NCBI RefSeq assembly: GCF_006345805.1 | Contig: NW_021828223.1 | Location: 1-8,696 of the forward strand | Length of the DNA stretch: 8,696 bases | Direction of reading: 5' to 3' | DNA from: Octopus sinensis | Taxonomy: Eukaryota | Part shown: positions 1 through 8,000 of the stretch, piece after piece | Position numbering within the stretch: the first letter of the stretch is position 1 | How the letters are laid out: every line of letters starts with the position of its first letter | Program-made: the position numbers and the translations under genes | The notes under the pieces: model-generated | Database searches by the model: none | What the model was told of the DNA's origin: nothing | What the model saw: only the letters and a program-made list of their open reading frames with translations

Positions 1-745
1 TCGTAGCACAACTTCTTCTATACGTCGTCATAATTTTTGTTTGATACTATTGCTCCGCCCCCACCCTCTTATCTTCCGTTAATTCTTCAACAGTTAATCT
101 CATAGAACAGCGAATATTAGTAGTTCTGTTCTAAAACTGACAAAAACTTTGGGAGAGATTTTTTTTTTTTTGTTCATTTTTTAAAGAAAAGAAACTGCTT
201 AAACAGAATTTAATACTAAATCGTTTCCCAGCAAAATATGATTTCCCCAACCTCAATCTGTAATTCCGTCAATTTATATGAGCTTTGCAAAAAAAAAAAA
301 AAAAAAAATTGCTAATTTGCATAGAGCAAGAATATCGTTGACGTAATATTTCCGATCACAGCTGAATACAATTACAACTTCCACTTCTTGTTGTTTCCTT
401 CATGGAAACGTCATTTTTTGGTTGGCTTTATTCTTATTTCAGAAGAGCGTTATACTAATCTGCCCAGCATCGTAGCAGTGTTGAATTTTGTATAAATCAA
501 ATACAAATCTCATTACTTGCAGATATCGCTCGATATGACGTTCGGTTTTGCTGAATATCAATCTAATCCTCATCTGTTTTAAGTGCTGTAGGATTGATGT
601 AAGTAAGCCCTACGTGAGTCTGTGACATAGTTTTCGTTTCCTAGTTGAATACAAATTCAGTTCAGTGAATTTATTGAAGATCATGAAAAGACAGATATCA
701 TAAGATTTTACAAGATTCTTGATGTGAAATCGTTGTGTTGAAACA

Positions 746-1140
746 GATATTGTTATATTTAGGGATGGTCATTTTTTTTATCGTTGCCAAATAAACACAT
801 GTTCTTCAGTTCATTTTTATTGTTGTTCTTATTTTAGACACTAAAAAAAACAAAGAAAAAACAAAAATAAAACTGAAGTGAAGAACGAATATACAGTGCG
901 TGTGTTTATTTGGCAACAAAAAAGTGACCGTCCCGAAATATAACACTAAAAAAAAAACAATAATAAAACTGAAGTGAAGAACGAATATACAGTGCGTGTG
1001 TTTATTTGGCAACTAAAAAGTGACCGTCCTGAAATATAACACTAAAATAAAAACAATAATAAAGCTGAAGTGAAGAACGAATATACAGTGCGTGTGTTTA
1101 TTTGGCAAAAAAAGTGACCGTCCCGAAATATAACAATATC
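746..1140. mobile_element. Foldback/MITE-like inverted-repeat element with a tandemly triplicated right arm
   Basis: 746-837 (GATATTGTTATATTTAGGGATGGTCA...GCCAAATAAACAC...TTTTAG) is the reverse complement of the ~96-bp unit ending GACCGTCCCGAAATATAACAATATC at 1140, with a ~13-bp deletion in the left arm. ACA flanks both ends (743-745, 1141-1143), a possible 3-bp TSD. Confidence 0.7.
838..1140 (+). repeat. Tandem repeat, 3 copies, period 96 bp
   Basis: CTGAAGTGAAGAACGAATATACAGTGCGTGTGTTTATTTGGCAA starts at 873, 969 and 1065. Units begin ACACTAAAA at 838, 943 and 1039. Confidence 0.95.
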
Positions 1141-1252
1141 ACAGAATGTATTTCCTGAACAAATGAAGATGGTAGAAAAGGAGATATGGCAACACACCAT
1201 TGATAGAGTGCTGAAGTACATGATTTAGAGAATTTGGTTTCCTCTCCCAAAA

Positions 1253-1401
1253 TCCTGAGTTCAAATCCTGTTAGGGACGGATTAGTCTTTCATTTATGCA
1301 AGGTCGTTAAAACAAGCAGTGCCACTTGTGTACTTGTTCGATAGAATTGACTGTTTCTTCTTTACAAAACTTGTGGTCTTCTACTAACAAAAGAAATTAT
1401 T
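1253..1401 (+). mobile_element. Old, degenerate copy of tRNA-derived SINE family B
   Basis: B-box-like GAGTTCAAATCC followed by a decayed TCTTTCATT...GGTCGTTAAAACAAG...TCGAT...TTGTGG...AAGAAAT, collinear with the 1721-1917 copy. Confidence 0.55.
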
Positions 1402-1489
1402 CCTATTACATCGATGGAGAATGATGGAGAGCAAAATCCACAGATAAAAGGCCATGCGTTATATAGTTAGGCCTCTTAAATGTTCACTC

Positions 1490-1625
1490 AATACAAATCC
1501 CGCCGGGGAGTCGACTTTGCTTTTCATCCTTCCGGTGTCGATACAATATAGTTCTTGAGAATAATGGGATCGATTTATTGAACTGCTCCAAAATATAAGG
1601 CTTTAGTACTTTGTAAAACAAGTAT
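1490..1625 (+). mobile_element. Degenerate fragment of SINE family B
   Basis: CAAATCCCGCCGGGGAGTCGACTTTGCTTTTCATCCTTCCGGTGTCGATA matches CAAATTCCGCCGAGGTCGACTTTGCCTTTCATCCTTTCGGGGTCGATA of the neighbouring copy. Confidence 0.75.
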
Positions 1626-1720
1626 CCAACTTTGTTGGCTAAGAGCTAAAAGCCGACAAGACTAGACCGTGATGTAGTTTTACTTTCGATCAGAAGCGAT
1701 TTCGATTCACTTTCAGCATT

Positions 1721-1917
1721 GAAATACGTGGCCGTATTTCGTCTGCCGCAACGTTCTGAGTTCAAATTCCGCCGAGGTCGACTTTGCCTTTCATCCTTTC
1801 GGGGTCGATAAATTAAGTACCAGTTACGCACTGGGGTCGATATAATCGACTTAATCCGTTTGTCTGTCCTTGTTTGTCCCCTCTGTGTTTAGCCCCTTGT
1901 GGGTAGTAAAGAAATAG
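1721..1917 (+). mobile_element. 5'-truncated tRNA-derived SINE, family B (octopus OK/OR-type, Nin/Deu-like central domain)
   Basis: B-box GAGTTCAAATTCC, central GCCTTTCATCCTTTCGGGGTCGATAAATTAAGTACCAG, 3' end TGTGGGTAGTAAAGAAATAG. Highly similar to the minus-strand copies at 6681-7068. Family naming is from memory, not a search. Confidence 0.88.
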
Positions 1918-2842
1918 TTATTCCTAAGAAATGCAAGAACACGACACAATCTCATTTGTAAATATAAATTAATCACCTATGACGATCCCTGTCCAAGTGA
2001 ATAACTGTTACTCTGTGTTCTGGGTTCAAAAGTTCCTGAGGCAGCTTAGCCCTTTTCGGCTATTTTTGTTTTCATCAAGAATGTCATATCACTAAAAAAC
2101 TTGAGTATTTGAATTCCTAAGAATGAGATTTTTGAAAATACTGAGGAGGAATTACAACCGTGTTTCGTGGTCTGCTACCACAACAGCTCCTTTATAGGAT
2201 CCAGTTAGCTCAAGACATCATCAGGAGGAACCACGTCCGGTTTCGGCCCCTACTCCTCTACCGTTTTGACGTGGTGGCCCCTCCCCCTTTTGGAGGTATC
2301 TTCAGCTCTGGTGTTGGGTGCATGTCTTCTTTCTTCTTCTTTCTTCTGTTCCCTGGCCTCTTCGATGCATCGTCAACGAGTGTCAGCCGGTGACGGACTG
2401 TCTTGTCAAATTTCTTCTTGGTCCTCATATAAGCACCGTACGAGACTACAAGAGAATATCTACCTGGTTGTTCGACTTGCTAGATATAAGAATTGAATAT
2501 ACCTTAAATGACACTCTCTTAAGCAATAATGGCACATGAATAATATAACCCTTTTATATGCGTGTAATAGGCTCATGTTATATCGTGTGTATACGCGCAT
2601 ACATTACATATCCTAATGTATGCGTGCACGCGTGTACGTGCGCCTGCATGCGTGTGTGTGTATGGACGTGTGAATCATAGCATCTCATGTTCGATCCCAA
2701 AAGAAACAAGCATGGTGTGTAGAGTGTTGTTGTTGTTAGTGGTGTTGTTATAGCCGCCGTGTGTTCTTCGTATGGAGATCGCAATATAAGTGTAGTGACT
2801 GAATTTAGTGAATTTCAAAGAGAGGTTTGTAGGTTGATAATA

Positions 2843-2872
2843 TACATACATACATACATAATACTTATATAC

Positions 2873-2908
<36 letters not shown>

Positions 2909-3781
2909 CGTGCGTGTGGTAGTGGTGTGTGTATATGTGAATATATTCATACATACATGCATACATACATACATACTTATATACATATATGTGTGTATGT
3001 GTGTGCGCGTGCGTGTGGTAGTGTGTGTGTGCGCGTGTGGTAGCGTGTGTATGTATATGTGTATATATTCATACATGCATACATACATACATATATACAT
3101 ACATACATACGTACATAAATACATACATACATCCATACATACATACATTCATACATACATACATACATACATACATACATACATACATACACACGTACAT
3201 ACATACATACATACATACATACATACATACATACATACATACATACATACATACATACATACATACATACATACATTCATTCATACATACAGACATTCAA
3301 CACACACATACATACATGCATGCATACATACACACATACATACATACATACATACACACATACATACACACACATACATACATACATACATACATACACA
3401 CATACATACATACATAATTACACACATACATACACACATACACACATACATACATACATACATACATACATACATACATACACACACATATACATACATA
3501 CATTCATACATACATACATACACACATACATACGTGCATATATACATACACACATACATACATACACACATGCATACATACATACATACATAATACATAC
3601 ATCATACATACACACACACATACATACATACATACATACATAATACATACATACATACATACATACATACACACACACATACATACATACATACATACAT
3701 ACATACATACATACATACATACATACATACATACATACATACATGCACACATACATACATACAAAACAAAACAAAACAAAA
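2843..3781. repeat. Compound microsatellite: (TACA)n with (GT)n/(CA)n blocks and a terminal (AAAAC)n
   Basis: Directly visible. It generates the spurious YIHT/MYVC ORFs. Confidence 0.97.
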
Positions 3782-4052
3782 GAAAGTTGCATCGTTGTGG
3801 CTGTATTCGAGTGTCGGTTCTTATCTGATGGTTCTTCGTTCTTTTCACTGCCGGTGCAGCTTCGTGAGGCAAAACATCATTGTTTGGAGCCAAGCACTTT
3901 GCGGAAGACATCAGCAGTACTTCCGTTCTGCTTTTTAAAGATTTGTCTTGGTATATGTTTTAGTGAGTATTTGTTACCTTGTTTTATATTTGAAAGTTCC
4001 TGCTGGCTACTCCCACTTGTTCTGCGCTTTCTTTTGTTCGATATTGGATAAA

Positions 4053-4459
4053 CAGGAGTGGCTGTATGGTAAGTAGCTTGTTTACCAACCACATGATTCC
4101 GGGTTCAGTCCCACTGCGTGCACCTTGGGCAAGTGTCTTCTACTATAGTCTCGATCCGACCAAAGCCTTGTGAGTGGATTTGGTAGACGGAAACCGAAAG
4201 AAGCCCGTCGTATATATGTATATATATATTTATGTGTGTGTGTTTGTGTGTCTGTGTTTGTCCCCCTAGCATTGCTTGACAACCAATGCAGGTATGTATA
4301 TGTCCCCGTTACTTAGCGGTTCGGCAAAAGAGACCGATAGAATAAGTACTGGGCTTACAAAAGAATAAGTCCCGGGGTCGAGTTACTCGATTAAAAGGCG
4401 GTGCTCCAGCATGGCCGCAGTCAAATGACTGAAACAAGTAAAAGAGTAAAAGAGTAAAA
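4053..4459 (+). mobile_element. Near full-length tRNA-derived SINE, family A (CORE-like domain, octopus OR-type)
   Basis: A-box-like TGGCTGTATGG, B-box-like GGTTCAGTCC, CORE-like CCTTGGGCAAGTGTCTT, internal (TA)/(TG) tract and (AAGAGTAA)-type tail. A second copy lies at 5264-5690. Confidence 0.9.
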
Positions 4460-4539
4460 CACTCAAATCTCAGAATTATTATGATACTTGCTATTGCCTT
4501 GTGTCACAAATCTGTTTTATTTATTTATTTATTTATTTA

Positions 4540-4862
4540 ATATTAATAGTTATCGCCAAACTAATATGGTAGTCTATAAATATAAGACTAAAGCTGCTGC
4601 TGATTAGCTCCAAGAGGCCATCGCCTCTAGCTAGCTATATGACACACGAACCTGCGTCCATTATAACCTTCGAACAGGGGAGGGGACGGTCAGCGTTCAC
4701 CTTGCTGGTCAGACATCTGCAGACATGTTCGAAGTTTATAATGGACGCAGGTTCGTGTGTCATATAGCTAGCTAGAGGCGATGGCCTCTCGGAGCTAATC
4801 AGCGACAGCTTTAGTCTTATATTTATAGACTACCATATTAGTTTGGCGATAACTATTAATAT
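4540..4862. repeat. 137-bp inverted repeat (4540-4676 / 4726-4862) with a 49-nt spacer
   Basis: Arms align without indels. About 4 mismatches by manual comparison. Confidence 0.95.
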
Positions 4863-5010
4863 CCAGTAACGCTGCCGTAATCTCCTTTAGAGAGACTTAG
4901 TAATTTTAATATTTCTATTATTGAAAACAAGTGGATGTATTCCACTGAAATTAGGTAAATAAATCCTTCGAACAGATGGTCGGTAGCGACACCTGTTGGG
5001 TCTGACTACG

Positions 5011-5051
5011 CTGCATTGATAAAGGGCAACAACCCTGAAACATGTCTGCAG
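5011..5051 (+). ncRNA. Minimal type I hammerhead ribozyme (U3-A8 variant), predicted cleavage after GUC at 5046
   Basis: CTGCA [stem I] TTGATAA [core] AGGG-CAACAA-CCCT [stem II] GAA ACATGT [palindromic stem III] C TGCAG [stem I']. Confidence 0.78.
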
Positions 5052-5263
5052 ATGTCTGACCAGCAAGGGGAAGCGGCTGACCTCCCCTGTTCGAAGGTTA
5101 TAATGGACGCAGGTTCGTGTGTCATATAGCTAGCTAGAGGCGATGGCCTCTTGGAGCTAATCAGCGGCAGCTTTAGTCTTGTATTTATAGACTATTAACT
5201 ATTAATATCCAGTAACGCAGCCGTAATCTCCTTTAGAGAGACTTAGTAATTTTAATATTTTTA

Positions 5264-5477
5264 TTTACTCTTTTACTCTTTTACTTGCTTCAGTCATTTG
5301 AATGCCGGCCATGCTGGAGCACCGCCTTTAATCGAGCAACTCGACCCCAGGACTTATTTCTTGTAAGCCCAGTACTTATTCTATCGGTCTTTTGCCGAAC
5401 CGCTAAGTAACGGGGACATAAAACAACACCAGCATCGGTTGTCAAGCAATGCTAGGGGGACAAACACAGACACACCA

Positions 5478-5518
<41 letters not shown>

Positions 5519-5690
5519 CACATAATACGACGGGCTTCTTTCAGTTTCCGTCTACCAAATCCACTCACAAGGCATTGGTCGGCCCGAAGCTATAGCAGAA
5601 GACACTTGCCCAAGGTGCCACGCAGTGGGACTGAACCCGGAACCATGTGGTTGGTAAGCAAGCTACTTACCACACAGCCACCCCTGCGCC
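5264..5690 (-). mobile_element. Full-length tRNA-derived SINE, family A
   Basis: Minus strand starts GGCGCAGGGGTGGCTGTGTGGTAAGTAGCTTG and ends ...GTAAAAGAGTAAAAGAGTAAA. Collinear with 4053-4459 and flanked by TATTT repeats. Confidence 0.92.
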
Positions 5691-5958
5691 TATTTATTTA
5701 TTTATTTATTTATTTAGTGTTTGTGTTGATTTCTTTGTTGGACAGATAAGTGCCAGCAATTTACAGTGATAACAGAGTAAGATCAAGACGGATAGGAAGG
5801 TGGGAGATGAGATCAAATAAGGGACACGATAGGGAGACAAATACTGCCATAAACAGTCATATTTTCATTTTTTTTTTCCATTTTTTCTTTTTTCTTTTGA
5901 AGTCCTTCAACTATTCCTCGTCTCTAGTTGCTTGATTGGGTGTCCTTATAGAGTAACA

Positions 5959-6378
5959 ACACACACACAGACGTACACACACATACACGTATACACACAC
6001 ACATGTACACAGACACACACACACACACACACGTACATACACACACGTACACACACACACACAGACGTACACACACACACACGTACACACACACACACAC
6101 GTACACACACACACAGCATTTACACAGGACAACCAACACACACACACGTACATACACACACACATGCATGCGCGCGTACACATACATACACACTCATACA
6201 TGCAAGCACGCGCATATAAGAATATACACACTTACACAGAAACATCACACACAAAAAAGGGGTACATACAGAGATACATTCACAGATACACAGGGACACA
6301 CACATACACACATGCATACACACACACACACGCGCGCGCGCGCGCATGCACACACACACACACACACACACATATATG
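5959..6378. repeat. (CA)n-rich compound microsatellite with periodic CGTA interruptions and a (CG)7 run
   Basis: Directly visible; (CG)n at ~6331-6345. Confidence 0.9.
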
Positions 6379-6680
6379 AGAACACAAGTACAGAGACATA
6401 CCCACTTACATATAAACACACCACCCGATATAAACCAGTCATCTGTGTTGTAGTATATGGTGATGATGTAATTCTTTCTTTTGCCTGTAGGTATGTTTTT
6501 GGTCGGAGTACTTGTGAGAAATGTACCCCATATTAACATTGCCCAACATATTCTACCCAACTGGTCATCATGTCTCAGGTATATATACCCAGTTTATTGC
6601 AACCTCTATGATTTTTTTCCACCTAAAATTGTGAAATATATTAAAATATATTTACATGTCTTTCTACCTATGTATATATT

Positions 6681-7068
6681 TATTTATTACCCACAGGGCA
6701 CTAAACATAGAGGGGACAAACGAGGACAAAGGGTTTCAGTCGATTATATCGACACCAGTGCGTAACTGGTACTTATTTAAGCGACCCAGAAAACATGAAA
6801 GGCAAAGTCGACCTCGGCTGAGTTTGAGCTCAGAACATATTTCTTTACTGCCCACAAGGGGTTAAACACAGAGAGGACAAACAAGGACAAACAAATGGAT
6901 TAAGTCGATTACATCGACCCCAGTCCGTAACTGGTACTTATTTAATCGACCCCGAAAGAATGAAAGGCAAAGTCGACCACGGCGGAATTTGAGCTTAGAA
7001 CATAACGCTAGACGAAATACTGCTAAGCATTTCGCCCGGTGTGCTAACGATTCTGCCAGCTCGCCACC
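6681..7068 (-). mobile_element. Dimeric SINE family B insertion with a 17-bp target-site duplication
   Basis: Full monomer 7068->6838 (GGTGGCGAGCTGGCAGAATCGTTAGC...) followed by a headless second monomer 6837->6681. CTACCTATGTATATATT occurs at 6664-6680 and 7069-7085. Confidence 0.92.
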
Positions 7069-7160
7069 CTACCTATGTATATATTGTGTGTGCATGTGTG
7101 TGTATGCGGAAATATTACGTATTATTATGATATTAAATCATATTATCATTATATTATTTG

Positions 7161-7462
7161 ATATATATATATATATATATTTGATGGCTTCCCCCTCGTT
7201 ATCGAGTATGGCCATTGCACGAAGCTTAACTGTTATTGATGCTGTGATCGAATGTGACTTTTTAGCCCAGCTAAAGATCTACAATGTCTTGTACAGAATT
7301 GGCAGCTAAAACCTTTACCGGTAATAGCCGGCTGTAGTTGTAACTGACTTCATGTACCTTTGCATGTCGTTTTAAGTCCTCCTCCGAATTACACACTCTC
7401 TTCCACATGCCTGACAGATATGATTAGTATGGTGTGTTACACCACCACCAGTGACCTGGTTG
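7161..7462 (-). mobile_element. 3' end of an RTE-clade LINE: two C2H2 zinc fingers, stop codon, short 3' UTR, (AT)n tail
   Basis: Minus strand 7319->7233 translates GKGFSCQFCTRHCRSLAGLKSHIRSQHQ*. Upstream, a frameshifted finger reads HICQACGREC/SEEDLKRHAKVH (7416->7352). A ~50-nt UTR ending GAGGGGGAAGCCATCAA is followed by (AT)n. Confidence 0.72.
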
Positions 7463-7463
7463 T

Positions 7464-7515
7464 ATATACATACATACATACATACATACATACATACATA
7501 CATACATACATACAT

Positions 7516-7548
<33 letters not shown>

Positions 7549-7572
7549 TATACCTACATACACATATATATA
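7464..7572. repeat. (TACA)n/(CA)n microsatellite
   Basis: Directly visible. Confidence 0.95.
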
Positions 7573-7692
7573 TGATCTGGTTCTTGACTGAAGATTAGAG
7601 GCTTCGAATGACCCGTCTGTTTTTTGTGTCGTCTATTTGAGTGTTTTGCGTTATTGTCCCATTTTGTATTTTTATATATATTTTTGATACAA

Positions 7693-7707
7693 ATATATAT
7701 ATACACA

Positions 7708-7756
<49 letters not shown>

Positions 7757-7798
7757 AATATATATATATATATATATAATTACATATATATATATATA
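7693..7798. repeat. (TA)n microsatellite
   Basis: Directly visible. Confidence 0.95.
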
Positions 7799-7950
7799 CG
7801 GTTGTTCAGTGTCGGACGAATGGGAGAAAGTGTTCAATACATGTCGTCGGAGAGGATTCATATTTTGTTTATTAATACTGAGTTTTGTCTCACGGTACGA
7901 GTTTTACACAGTTATGATCATCAGGCAAGACTTAGTTTCCCCGGATATCA
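7799..7950 (-). mobile_element. Probable Penelope-like pLTR fragment with decayed hammerhead motifs
   Basis: Minus strand reads GAAAC-TAA-GTC TTGC CTGATGA TCATAACTGTGT AAAAC-TC-GTA ... AATAAA. The island lies between (TA)n and (TG)n tracts. Confidence 0.4.
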
Positions 7951-8000
7951 TGTGTGTGTGTGTGTGTGTGTGTGTGGGTGCGTGCGTGCGTGGTGTGCGT
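7951..8000. repeat. (TG)n/(TGCG)n microsatellite
   Basis: Directly visible. Confidence 0.9.

Larger units (their letters stand above)
4540..5265 (+). mobile_element. Hammerhead-containing non-coding retroelement (retrozyme or non-autonomous Penelope-like pLTR array)
   Basis: Minus-strand partial copy 4729->4540, plus-strand monomer 4726-5087, and partial second monomer 5088-5265 (period 362). Contains a hammerhead at 5011-5051. No ORF. Confidence 0.75.

Noticed and set aside
838-1140. CRISPR-like regularly spaced repeats
   Set aside because: The whole 96-bp unit repeats, with no unique spacers, in a eukaryotic context.
2160-2539. Three overlapping plus-strand ORFs of 73-77 aa
   Set aside because: Short, low-complexity, no recognisable domain, and two use non-ATG starts.
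2578-3911. Long ORFs (up to 236 aa) rich in YIHT / MYVC
   Set aside because: Translations of (TACA)n/(TG)n microsatellite, open in many frames on both strands.
4053-4130. tRNA gene
   Set aside because: A/B boxes belong to the SINE head; no complete cloverleaf and it continues into the SINE body.
4053-5690. Single DNA transposon with ~420-bp TIRs
   Set aside because: The arms are SINE copies with pol III heads and repeat tails, diverged from each other, with no shared outer TSD.
5911-6560. HT/CV-rich ORFs
   Set aside because: (CA)n microsatellite artefacts.
7575-7690. CTGAAGA...CGAA as another hammerhead
   Set aside because: No GAAA-stem III-NUH arrangement or stems could be built. It may be an unclassified repeat fragment.
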